From Camelus dromedarius (Eukaryota), in the NCBI RefSeq assembly GCF_036321535.1, contig NC_087445.1, positions 4,526,001 to 4,590,000 on the forward strand: 64,000 nt of DNA, written 5' to 3'. A program made the position numbers and the translations under genes. Positions 50,084-62,199 of this stretch are shown here, piece after piece. The notes below the pieces were generated by a model. The model did not search any database and was not told the DNA's origin. It saw only the letters and a list, made by a program, of their open reading frames with translations. Numbering within the stretch: position 1 is the first letter of the stretch; every line of letters begins with the position of its first letter.

Positions 50084-50125
50084 GTATATATATATATATG
50101 TACGTATATATATATGTGTGTGTGT
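50052..50125. repeat. (TA)n/(TACG)/(TG)n compound microsatellite
   Basis: About 75 bp of uninterrupted purine/pyrimidine alternation. Confidence 0.9.
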
Positions 50126-51055
50126 TCATAAAAGTAAAGGGTAAAAGCTTGCTCATTTGCTTATATAGGTATCTCATCCTTTATGTTGTAGACAGGTTCC
50201 TGAAAAGTCATTTGTAATTTTGATTTTTGTCATAGATTTCCATTGTAAAATTGAATGTGCTTTGTCATGGAAAACTGTAAAACCCAAAGAAAACACTTGA
50301 CTTAAACCTGAAAAAACACTGCAAAGTCCCCTGACGAGAAGGGATAATTTTTTGGCACAACGGTAGTAAAAAACATTGGGGGGGAAATGTCATAAAATAA
50401 ATATAGGAGGTGCACGTATATTACACGTCTTCCTCTGAAGAGTGAATCATTTGCTGCCTAGCATTTTAGGTTATATCAGTAATATTATAAGTATTTTTCA
50501 AAAGTTGTCATAAAGGGATTATATTGTTAAATTAAGCTTTTTGTTCATAGTGTAATGAGTATTCATGTTGAAAAGTAACTTTATGCTGATTTTTTATGAT
50601 TATTGTTTTACTGAAACATGGTCTTTATAGTAAATTACACCTACATGTGCCTTGAAAAAGGTGAAATGTTTGCATTAACCCGTTAGTATACCGTCAGGTT
50701 TATAATTGCAAAACAAAGTTAGGCATCTGTTTTAATTTCACATTTTAAAAATCAGTGAAGTATTTATTTTCTGCACAAAATGTGAAATAATAATGTAGTA
50801 ATTTTTTTAACATGCTTTACAACTAACATGAAGAGAGTGGCTATTAAACTAAACAGCCTTTCCTTTTACATAAAATAAAATGAAGGCAAGAGCAAAGAGT
50901 TACCCATTCCTGTCCCTGTTTATGCCAGATTTGCATACTATTTTGCTTTTTGTGTATGATTTTAATTGATCATTCTATTTCTGAAATAGCAGTGTCTTGT
51001 TTGAGAAAGTTTACTTTATTTATGACATTTATTTTCACATTACTTATGTTTTCAG

Positions 51056-51144
51056 ATTGTTCTCTGAGATTATATGGGTCATCCTATAGCAGATTGGGCT
51101 TCAAAACTTCAGATGTAAACATTGACATTCAGTTTCCAGCCATT
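51056..51144 (+). CDS. TUT7: TUT7 exon 6 (pseudo-nucleotidyltransferase motif)
   Basis: ttcag|AT; (D)CSLRLYGSSYSRLGFKTSDVNIDIQFPAI has the GS...SDxN motif (DxN rather than catalytic DxD, as known for the inactive N-terminal domain); donor ATT|gtaagt; 89 nt. Confidence 0.96.
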
Positions 51145-51688
51145 GTAAGTACAAAATGAAATGTTAAGAGTTTTCATGCAATCATGTGGAATTGCTTTTA
51201 TTTCAAATGTGAGCTATCTATGAATATATTTTAGCTACTTGAAGACAATTTAAGTGTGATTTTTTCCATAAAACTACTAAAAACTACTAAAAAAATTTTA
51301 AAGCATTTTTTCCCTCAGATTGCTACTTTTTCTGACTGCCTTCAATTTCAGAGCATTTCTTTTAATATTATACAGATTTTCATACTTACTTTACTCTATA
51401 GATCTTTCATACTTCCTTCAAACCCTGGTTTTGTAACCATGTGAATCTGATATGACTATTTAGGTTCTGTTAGCTTGAAAAGATTAAATTATATTGGTTA
51501 ATCAACTTTCCAATGGCAGGAAAGGATTTCAGAATTCAGTGTTAGATACGTAAACATTTATGAACTGAAAGCTTAATTTACTCCTGAGTTCCCTCTTATA
51601 TACACCAACTTTGTGAAAATAAGTATGTTTTTGAAGAACCACACCTAGCTTAGATTTCTGGTTTAAACATGATTCAAAAAGATGTTGA

Positions 51689-51872
51689 GGGGGAGGGTAT
51701 AGCTCAAGTGGTAGAGTGCATGCTTAGCATGCAGAAGGCCCTGGGTTCAATCCCCGGTACCACCTCTAAAAATACATAAACCTAATTACCTCCCCCAACC
51801 CGCCAAAATAAAATAATTAAATAATACAATAATAAATAAATAAAATATACTTATTAAAAAGAAAGAAGGTAG
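51689..51872 (+). mobile_element. Camelid tRNA-Ala-derived SINE (vic-1 type) in TUT7 intron 6
   Basis: gggagggtatagctcaagtggtagagtgcatgcttagcatgcagaaggccctgggttcaatcccc; perfect 13-bp TSD AAAAAGATGTTGA (51676-88 / 51873-85). Confidence 0.93.
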
Positions 51873-52169
51873 AAAAAGATGTTGAATCAAAATTTTGAAA
51901 CTGGAAGGCACTTTAATAGATTATCCATTTACCTGCTGGTGGTTCCCACAGACCGGTTTGCAGATAGTTTATGCACATTTACTTGGGTTGCTACTTTAAA
52001 ATACAGATTCCTAGGCTCTACCCCCAGGTGTTCTACTTCACAACCTCTCATTCCTTGCCATCCCTGACTACTATAGCTACCTGGTCAGCTGACCAATGGA
52101 TTTTACTATTCTTTTAACCTTAAATTTTGATTAGTAATTTACCAGCATAGCAGTTATTTTGATTTCATG

Positions 52170-52810
52170 CCATTCATTCATCTGGAAAATATTCAGTGAG
52201 TTCATGTTATATGCCAAGCACTGTATAAGATTCTAGAGGACAAAACAGATAGGATTCTTCCCTCGTGGAACTCATCCCTAGTGAAAGAGATAAGTAATTA
52301 TGTGTATATAATTAATTATAATGAGAGCTATGCAGGGAGACAAGGCTCTGTGACAGAAAACAAAGAGAGTGCAGATATAGCAGTCCCAAAAGCCCCTTTG
52401 AAGAGATAACATTTAAGCCAAACTCTAAAAAAATGAACAAGGGTCGGAGAATGAAAGGGATAAAAGTGTGTTTCAGCCTGAGGGCACATCATTTGCAGAC
52501 AACGAGCTTGGCCTGTTCAAGGAGGGAAAGAGAAAATTGTAATATGAAGAGACCAAGTCGAGGAAGAGCATCAGATTAGGACAGAGAGGTAGGCTGGGGC
52601 CCAACAGACAGGATCTGTAGGCTGTGTCATAGAGTTTCATTTTGACCTAAGGGCATTAAGAAGCCATTGAGAATTTTAAGGAGGGGTATAACTACATCTT
52701 ATTTATGATTTTAAGTGGTTTTGGTTCCTATGTGGAGCAAGGATTGGAGAAAGGCGAAACTAACATGGTGACTAGTAAGCAACCTGTTGAAGTAGTTGTA
52801 CAGAATGAGG
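52170..52810 (-). mobile_element. L2 fragment
   Basis: cattcattcatctggaaaatattcagtgag..atgccaagcactgt..gaagccattgagaattttaaggaggg. Confidence 0.7.
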
Positions 52811-53118
52811 CGTAATATTGTTAACAGTTTGACAAGTTCTAGTCACAACTTTGAGATTTGCTGAAAGGCTAATTACCTCAGGAATTGGTGAATCAGGAAT
52901 TAACTGTTACAAGTCTCTTTATCTACCCTCATCCTCGTTTGGTGCTCACCTCTCTGACTGACAAGTGCCCACGGCATAAAGCTTAGTTTCTTTACTGTGA
53001 TAGCAGTGTGCTTTCTAATTTGGAAAGGAATTGGAGTAACTTCAGATGACTGTGTATTATCTTAGTGAAGCAGAAATGCTTATGGATCATTTGATGTGTT
53101 CATTGATTTATTTCCTAG

Positions 53119-53170
53119 ATGTCTCAGCCAGATGTTCTCTTGCTTGTTCAAGAATGTTTAAAGAACAGTG
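53119..53170 (+). CDS. TUT7: TUT7 exon 7
   Basis: cctag|ATG; MSQPDVLLLVQECLKNS; donor GTG|gtaagg; 52 nt, phase 0 to 1. Confidence 0.95.
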
Positions 53171-54141
53171 GTAAGGTCAAATTCTTTCCACATTTTGCTC
53201 TTAAATTTTTCTTTTGTCTATAATTTGAATATTATCTTATTGCTCAGACTTGGAACATAGGAAGTCATGTTCTTTAATTTATTTATATGGGTGATATCCA
53301 AACAAAAAACCAAAGCAGATCCCCCTGAGTTCTTAGCTAGTTGATTAGAGTCCTGTTGGTTGTTCTACTATGCAGAATAACTATTTGTAAGTAAAGCTTT
53401 TACCTTGGTGATCATGTCACAATTTATAAAGATTAAATGAGTCTAGACTGAGAATACAAAGAGGCAAAATATGTAAAATATACTCTTGAGGGTAAGACTA
53501 AATGATAATCTTCTTTCTTCCATGATTTAAATTAATACTTTACAAATGATAAATAGTTGGGACCCAGCCCAGATTAATGAATCGACAAATAGTCGTTCCC
53601 ACTTAGGTTTATCAGTTGTCCAAAGTCACGTCCCACTGCGGCTTGATTGTTTGTATGCTTTCTGTAAGCCTCATTAAACGGGCTCATCCCTTAAATGAGT
53701 CTTTCCCATCCTTCTTGGGGTTCTTCTTGTTTTTGTTTTTTTCTTCTTGTTTTGATTGAATGAAGCATTTAAACCTTTTTTCTTACTTCAGTCAATATGT
53801 ATTTCGACCCCGAATATTTTAGTAGCTTTTGCAGCAGTTTTGTTTTTGACAATGTCCTATCCGTATTTCTAATTATGTTTTCCACATAGTATTTAAATGC
53901 TCTGATTCAATAATGTAGTTATTTCTAATCAGACACTAGTTTTGCAAAATAAGGGTTGAATATAATACTTCTTTCCTTTGCCAGTCATTTTTATTTCATA
54001 ATCATCTTACAAGAGCTTTATTTCGTAGTGGCCTTTCAAAAGGCCAAACAGACGTTAGAAGCAGTACTTGTGCTTTATCAAAGTTGTGCTTTTAAACAAA
54101 GCCTTAATTAACCTCTTCAATATTCTTTTCTTTTTCCTCAG

Positions 54142-54211
54142 ACTCTTTTACTGATGTTGATGCAGATTTCCACGCTAGGGTCCCAGTGGTGGTGTGCAGA
54201 GAAAAGCAAAG
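54142..54211 (+). CDS. TUT7: TUT7 exon 8
   Basis: ttcctcag|AC; (D)SFTDVDADFHARVPVVVCREKQ(S); atypical donor AG|gtctcc; 70 nt, phase 1 to 2. Confidence 0.93.
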
Positions 54212-55008
54212 GTCTCCGTTTCTTTAAGCTGTTTATCAATCAAAAAGTATCAGCTTGCCAAAAGCACTCTGTACTTTTACTACATCTTAATGTCTAGTTT
54301 CTAGAATGATAAACTCCTGTGTGATTAATTTCCCAGGCTTACTGCTAGCATTCTCTGTATACTTTTGGCATTTGATGCAATAGGAAAAAATGTTTTACTT
54401 TAAAAAGAATAAAATTACTCAAAAGGAAAAAACACAGGAAGGAAGCATTTTGACCCATTTCAACTCGGTAAAAAACAACCCTATCAAATCAAACTTGTTC
54501 TAATCACCTTTATTTGCCATCCTTTTAGCAGCATTTTTAATAGTGCTGAATATGGGTGTGACTTCACCTGGCCGTCTCGCCCTTCACCTAGAAGCATTAC
54601 CACTGTAAATGTGGGGTTTGTAGGCCATGATTCATCATTAGGCAGAGTCCTCCAACTGGAGGAAACAGTCTTTAGCTCTTACAAAGATGAATTCATGCTC
54701 TCATTTCAAACATTTTACAGTATTTCCTTATTTGTATTCCCCCCCTCCAAAATAGTTTTAATATATGAAAACACAGAATGTTAGTTCTGAAAAATAAATT
54801 TCACTCAGGAAATACCTGCCCTATCTTTTTTTTTACTGCAGTGACTTAAATGACCCATAAAGATTTATTGAGTTTTTTATTTTCATTTCTAAGGTATTTA
54901 TCATCAGTGTAAATAAATTAGTTGTTGGTGCTGTCAGAGATACCTGATGCCTTTATAAACTTGATCTTTCTCTTTTTCCTTCCCATCCTCACCCTGTAAT
55001 CCCACCAG

Positions 55009-55135
55009 TGGTCTTCTTTGCAAAGTGAGTGCAGGAAATGAAAATGCTTGTCTGACAACAAATCATTTAACTGCCCTTGGAAAACTAGAATCAAAGCTCG
55101 TTCCTTTGGTGGTTGCGTTTAGATACTGGGCAAAG
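55009..55135 (+). CDS. TUT7: TUT7 exon 9
   Basis: caccag|T; GLLCKVSAGNENACLTTNHLTALGKLESKLVPLVVAFRYWAK; donor AAG|gtaggt; 127 nt, phase 2 to 0. Confidence 0.96.
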
Positions 55136-56311
55136 GTAGGTTTGAATTCTTTAAATGAATGAACACATTCTATGTATGCATAAACAGTATGCTTTGATTT
55201 TCACATGGTTCATCTAATCTTAAATGTTTGGATGCATAGTTATAGACATCAGGAGAGTTGGCATCTGAATATTGGAACAGAAATTTTAATGGTACAGAAA
55301 GGAAAATACAGTGTTTTTATTTCACTGTAACAGTATTTCTTGAAAGATCAGAATGATTTATGGTACTTATTAAAATCAACTCCCAGAGTTATGTCCCAAA
55401 AGTTTACATTTTAACTAGTTTCCTGAGGTGATTTTTAGGCCCAGGTAAGTTCAAGATGAAGCTCCTCATACTCTTTCCAGTAATATACCCAGAAACTCCC
55501 CCCAAAATGAAACCCACTGTCTGATACATTTCTACAGTATTTTAAATGTGGTATCCCAATTGAAATAATATCCCAATGCTCAAATAAACACGAGAGCATT
55601 TAACATTTCCCCAAAATGTAATGTCCCATCATGATTATAAAGTTGAGATTCTGTGCTTCATAGAGAAAAGCCAAAGCTTTACTGATTAAGACATGGCAGT
55701 AACATTAGGTAGCTCCTGTTGCTTGGGTCCAGGATGAACAGAGGATGCCCTACTCTTAGCTGGGTGAGTTGATAATTACAATATGCTGTCCTTTGAAAGC
55801 AGCCTCCTGCTTCATCACTAAGTAGGCCATGCTTTTTCTGTTATTTCTGCTAGCGCTAATGAGTTTGCCTACATTCTCTCCCTAATCACCTTTCTGACTA
55901 AAACAAGCACTTTCAAGGTAATTGCTAAAGATGAGGGGACCATAAACCTAGGCAAAGCCTGCTGGCTTACAAGTAGAACTGAACCATTATTTTTACTTCA
56001 TAAACAAGCGTTTGAACCAACTGAATGGAATTTACCTTGAATGTCCAAAAAATGAAATATTATTTGAGGTCCCTTCACAAGTTGATTTAGTTAAAAAAAA
56101 AAGAAAAATTTGAAGTTGAAGCTGCCACTCAAAACCACAACATATCTTTACTGCAAAAGTGTAAGGAAGTTTTATATTTTGTCACTGTGGAGTTTCCTTC
56201 TGAGGAGGAAATCATGGGTTACACGGAAATGAAGAAAGAGATTTTAGACCAAATTACGTAAATGACAAGTTGCTGCAGAAGAATGCTTATCCTCTTTTCT
56301 CTCATTTGTAG

Positions 56312-56431
56312 CTTTGCAGTATAGACCGCCCCGAGGAAGGAGGTTTGCCGCCTTATGTGTTTGCCCTGATGGCCATTTTCTTTCTGCAACAGAGGAAAGA
56401 ACCCCTTCTACCTGTTTATCTAGGATCATGG
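56312..56431 (+). CDS. TUT7: TUT7 exon 10
   Basis: ttgtag|CTT; LCSIDRPEEGGLPPYVFALMAIFFLQQRKEPLLPVYLGSW; donor TGG|gtataa; 120 nt, phase 0-0. Confidence 0.96.
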
Positions 56432-58684
56432 GTATAAGACTTTTTTGCTTATATATCTGATAGTGATTTCGTTTCAGGGCCACAATCCCTTATGCATAAT
56501 TTCAGGGTCCAGAAACCTAACCAGAACTGACATGAATTTATTAATCCTACTATTGTGAATATTCCTGTGTTTCACTGCTGAAATATTAACGTATTTGATT
56601 ACGAGGTGTGGCCATGTGCTCTGCTAGCGACAGTGTTACTTTTCTAAACTGAAAAAAAACTCTTAATTTGTACAACAGGTGATCTGAGGTTTTCAAACAA
56701 GAGAATGTGTAACTATATTAATTTATCACTTGGTACACATCTTCTTTGGGTACAGTTTTATAATTTGATACTTGAATTTATATATCACCTCCAGACAGAC
56801 TGTAGGAAGCATTCGGTTCACTACAACTTTCTATTTCGAGTTTTTTTGTTCTCTTTATTCCCCGTTCCCTGTGAAACAAAAGAAGGTATAAGTGTTGAGA
56901 TTGCTACCTAATACCACAAGATGCAGAACCTTTGAGTAATCACCTCTTAAGTAATATTTTGCTATAATCTTTAAAATGAATTAGGCCAGTAATGGGACTA
57001 CTCTTTCTTTCTGGATAAATTAAAGCTGAGCTGATTTATTCAAATGGTAAGATTTAAGAAGAAGCCATCTCAAAGTCAAAATGAGGTTATTCTCATCCTC
57101 TTGGAAACCTCACTTTTAATTTCTAGGTGTTTATCCTGATAAAATTTTATATGTACACTTACTTTATAAAATGACTCACTTGGTGAAAGCTTACTTTAGC
57201 ACAAATTTTCTTTCAATATGCAGGATTCACATCATTTAAGGAGGAAATGTTCTAGATAATAGTTCTTTATTATGGGTGTATATCCAAAAAATAAGATTTT
57301 AAGAAATTTTTTTTTATACTTAATAGGTTGAGAATTAAACAGGGATCTTTATTTGCCAGGCTCTGAGAATAAAGACTAAAGCAGAGTAAGTCCTGTATGA
57401 GCTCTGTCCTGGCATTAGAGATTGCAGTCTGCTGTGTGTTGCAGCTGCCTAAAGGGAGCTCTCTTTGTTGTACTTATGGTACTGAAATAAAATAATTCAG
57501 GTATCTTTGCTAGACTGCTCTCCTGGTCAAAAAAACGGGTGAGAGAACAAGGTCAACCCTTAGTTGATGAATAACCCTTTTCATCAGACCCAAGGAGGGA
57601 TCTATAAAAGTCTTTTGATGTTTTATTTTCACTTTGATCCAAGAGAGTCAGTAGTTTAGGATGGAACCAAACCATTTGCATTTCTGTACCAAAAAAAAAA
57701 GCCTTGGAAGAGGTTGGATGTGTCGCCATGCACACTTCTGTCTTCAAGAAATCTGCCTTTTCTTGTGTTCTCATCATCTCTAAAGTAGGCATCTGTCTCT
57801 GATGTGAGAATGCAGGGGTAAAGGTGCTTCTGTTTTGGTGATAAGATTCTCCTCATGATTTGCTTGAGAGTAGTATGAATACCCTTTTCTGTGGCCAGTG
57901 TATATTATTTCCTTGGCAGTAATACTGGAAATTCTCTAAAGTGACACAAAATTTGGTTTTGATTATACCACTTGTTTAAGGTTTAATGACAAAAAAAGTA
58001 TGTGATTCTGGATTGAATTCTGTGGATCACATATGGCAAACTCTACTGCCTAAACCAAAGTGATCTGCAGTTTTCAGCATTTTAAACTAGTCAAGCATCA
58101 ATATGCTGGCTTCTGCTAGAGTCTTAGTCAAAAATATAAAGCAAGTGAGGGAAAAGAAGTTAAATTTAGTACCTTATTCATGCCAGATATTTTATATCAC
58201 TATTTTTGCAGAAAATCTGTTGAGATCCTCAAAATTATGTGCTTGAAAGTATCTTTACTATTAATGCCTTCAAAAACTTTAAAGCACTCTGTGTATTAGT
58301 CATTGGACTAGGCCCTGAAGGGATTACACAGATGAGTAAGACTAAATTCTCTGTCAAGAGGTTTGGAGTATCATACATCTGTGCTCTGATCTGTCTGTTC
58401 AAAAATCTTTTAGCCATTCTTTTCCAACCTACTGAGATCTCTTCCATGTTGGAGATTATCCTCTCTGGCTTTTTAGTCCCAATTAAAATTCCCATTTTAT
58501 CATCATTAGAATTGTGAGTGATGAATAGGTTTAGTCCTATCTTAGTATCTTTTATCCCCTACAACAATATTTTACTAGTCTCCTGGTAGATATCATTTGG
58601 GAACTTTCTTATTTTAGATTATAGAAACTTAACCTTTAACAAACAGTTATCTACGCTTTAAGGATGCCAGATAATATAATAGAA

Positions 58685-58790
58685 GAGTAGTGTTGAAGTT
58701 TGGCAGCCCTGAGATTCATCCAGGATTTGCCACTTAAATCCTTGTGACCTTGAGCAAATTATGTAATCTCTGGGCCTTAGTGAAAGGCCC
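58685..58790 (+). mobile_element. MIR fragment
   Basis: gatttgccacttaaatccttgtgaccttgagcaaattatgtaatctctgggcct. Confidence 0.6.
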
Positions 58791-58959
58791 ATCTGAAAAA
58801 TTCTCAAATGAGATCATGAATGTAGACCTCCTGGCACAAAGTAGGAGAACAAATGTCATCAATAGAAAGTCAGGTTCCACTTGCATAGAGGCATGAACAC
58901 CTAAACAAGTGATCCATCTGAAAATAATAGGTATAAATTCTCGACAAAATTCAAAGTGC

Positions 58960-61610
58960 AACAACGTGAAGGCTCTGGAGACCAAACAGATGCAAACAGA
59001 CTTCGGAGAGAAGCCAGAACTTGGAGCAAGTGACCACAGAGTGCATTTCTACTTTTCGGTGGCTTTATCCCTAAAGGCAACTCTGGTAGAAAAACTTTCT
59101 GGCCAGAGGAATTAGGGCCACCAGGTAATAAGGGGGGAAAAACCTAGACAGGAAAGATACAGAGAAGTGGAGCCCAGAACACCTCTGACTGACTCCTGAA
59201 TCAGTCCAGTGCATCATATAAGGGGCTTGGAAGCAGTCACTCCATCCTTACAGAAAGAAAAGAGCTGAACACACTGAAAATCAATGACTCTTCTTAGATC
59301 CATCAGAGAATTGAGGTCATGGCGAAAACCACTGCCCTTAAAATTGGAGAGACAGGCAAATACAGCGAATTATAACTTGTCAGAGCAGAAGCCCAGGAAC
59401 AGAATCCTGCCACTGCGGCCACTACCAGGGTAGGGAAACTTAGACTGTGGTTCTGGAGGCTCAGTTTGGACAAGTTTGAAGGTGGAAAACAACAGAGGGA
59501 CCCAGTCTCAGGGGGCTGGTTTCGTGAGTTTTATCTCCAGGAATGCCTACCAGGTTCTCTGAGTGAAGACACAAAAACAATCCCCTCATGCATTTTGAAA
59601 CTGTCCAGAGCATTCTGTTGACCTAAACAAAAGCCTGCCCTTAAGGGAAACTGTTTTACCGGAGCCTGACCACCTTGGGTTTTATCAGGACCTAACCAAC
59701 CTGGGGAAAGGAAAAATATCCAACTCCAACCCTCTGTAGTTTATGGTCTTACCTCAGACGGGCAAGAGTGAGAAGCTCTTTGTGAAGGTCCCAGCCTAGG
59801 ACCTTAGGCTCACTAGAAGACTTTGAGACCTGATCACAGAGCTGTAGAATGCTTCACCCCAACACACACATGACTACAGCATCATTAGGCCACCTGTGTA
59901 ATAATGAGATAACGGAACAGAAAGACTTCATTTAAAAAGAAATCTCTTGGGAAACCCCAAAACAATAGAGGAGGCAAAAACAAGGATACCAGAGGAAGCT
60001 ACAGCCCTTTGGCATCTACAGCTGCAGCAAACAGAACAGAGCCTAACTCCTGGCCAGATGAAAGCAAACCTCACACCAAAGACCTATCTACCTCAGTTCC
60101 TTTTACCCAGCTTTCAATAACAACAACAAAACTATAAGGCATACTAAAAGGCAAAAAGCATAGTTTGAAGAAACAGAGCAAACATTGGAATTATCAGACT
60201 AGGAATTTACAAAACATGGCTTAATATGCTAAGGGCTCCAAAGAAAAGAAATTGGCAACTTGCAAGAACACATAGGTAATATAAGCTGAGAGATGGAAGC
60301 TAAGTAATCAAAAGGAGACACTAAAAATCAAAACTAACAAAAATGAAGAATGCCTTTGATGGATTCATCAGGCAGCTGGACACAGCTGGGGAAAAAATCA
60401 GTGAGCTTTATTCAATAGAAACTTCTCAAACTTAAAGGCAAAGAGGAAAGAAAGAATGAGAAAGAAATGGAACAGAATCTGTAAGCACTGCAGGACAATT
60501 ACTAAGGGTTGTAATATACGTATACTGGGAATATCAAGAGAAGAAAGAGGAAGAAACGGAAGGAATAGTTGAAGCAATAATGACTGAGGATTTTCCAGAA
60601 TGACACACTTCTGAACCACACATGTGAAGCAGACTAAAAACAGTTAAGAGCCAAGGCTTAGAAAACTGAACTGAGATCAGAGCTGCTGTCCACCAGAGAT
60701 ACAACAGTCTACAATTTGTCCAACCAAGTTAATTACCTGTAAAACAAAAGTCACAACACGTTTTGGGATAACATAAAGAATCCAGAATTTTCACAGTACA
60801 TTATTATATCACAATGTCCAGAATACAATCCAAAGTTACTCAAAGCACAAAGAGTCAAGAAAATGGGACACACTGTCAAGGGAACAGAAATCAACAGATG
60901 CCAAGCCCAAGATAAGCCAGATGTGGGAACTATCAGAGACTTTAAAAGCCCTTCTTACAGCTGTGCTCCATGAGACATGGGAGGTACACTTGCATAAGCG
61001 AGGTGATAGAGGCTATCAGCCAGAGAATGAGGAAATGTACAGAGAACCAAGTGGAATCTCTAGAAGTGAAAAATATATTATTTTAAATTAAAAAATCTGC
61101 ATGGGCCTCATATCAGAATGGAGATGACACAGGAAAGAGTAAATATGGAAATAGATAAACAAGCTAATCTGAAGAAGAGAAAGAAAAAAGTTTAAAATTA
61201 AAAAAAAAAAACTAGGGGGAAGGTATAGCTCAGGAGCAGAGCGCATGCTTAGCATGCATGAGGTCCTGGGTTCAATCCCCAGTACCTCTGCTAAAAAATA
61301 AATAAATGTAAACCTAATTACACCCCCCCCAAAAAAAAAACCAACTCTGAGCCTTGGGGACTTGTAGAATAATTTCAGAAAAATCTAACCTGTGGGTAGT
61401 TTGAGCCCCAGAAGGAGAGGAACAAGAGAATGGGGTAGGAAAAAAATATATAAAATTTCATAAATTTGATAAAAGGACATAAATTTACAGTCTCAATAAG
61501 CTAAACAAACCTCAAATAAAATAAATTCAAAGAGAAGCATGCCTAGCCCACCACAAACTGCTGAAAACCAAAAATAAAGAGCAAAACTCAGAAGCAGCCA
61601 GAGAAGCACC
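58960..61610 (+). mobile_element. Old L1M 5'UTR + ORF1 remnants (probably more than one fragment) in TUT7 intron 10
   Basis: L1M 5'-end-like text (cttggaagcagtcactccatcctt..gctgaacacactgaaaatcaatgactc..gatccatcagagaattgaggtca) followed by ORF1-like text (gaagaatgcctttgatggattcatcagg..gaagcaataatgactgaggattttccagaa). Confidence 0.7.
61215..61341 (+). mobile_element. Camelid tRNA-Ala-derived SINE (vic-1 type) in TUT7 intron 10
   Basis: gggggaaggtatagctcaggagcagagcgcatgcttagcatgcatgaggtcctgggttcaatccccagtacctc..aaacctaattacaccccccccaaaa. Confidence 0.92.
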
Positions 61611-62199
61611 TTCTATAAGGTGAGGAAGATAAGTAAGTGCATGTCAAGTGGCACTAATTCTGAGGAAAAGTAAACCGGGGTAAGAAGGACCGAGAGTGAA
61701 AGAGGAGGAGCTGTTTAGAGTCAAAGACATTTGAGCAGAGCCTGAATGCCCTCCTTACTGCATGGGTTACCTTGTTGAGAAGGGGAAGAGGCATCCAAGC
61801 AGAGAGGGACCAGCAGGGGTCAGCCCCAAGCCACAGAGAAGTAGTGCAGAGCCAGATAACCCAGGCCCTGAAATAGACTGAAATTCACCCTGAGGAAGAA
61901 GGAAGCTGTTATGAGCAGGGGAGCCACGTGATGTCTTATATTTTAGGGTTACTCTGTCTGCCACACCAAAGAAGCAGTCTGTCTGTTTGATATGAAATTC
62001 AGGACCCAGGATGCCATATCCCTACCCCACCCCACAATTCATTATGTACATTAACCTTTTTATAAGGGTGTGATAGACCCTAGTGTACCTGTCACAAAGA
62101 AATCTGCTCACATCTGTTCTACATTTCTTAGACCTTTTGAGCCCAGACTATATTTTTAGCAATTTGCATCTTAACAGTATCAAAAGAAACACTTTCTTA

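Noticed and set aside
25178-61341. tRNA-Ala(AGC)-like sequences as real tRNA genes
   Set aside because: Each has a SINE body, an A-rich tail and in most cases a TSD, with acceptor-stem or T-loop defects; they are SINEs.
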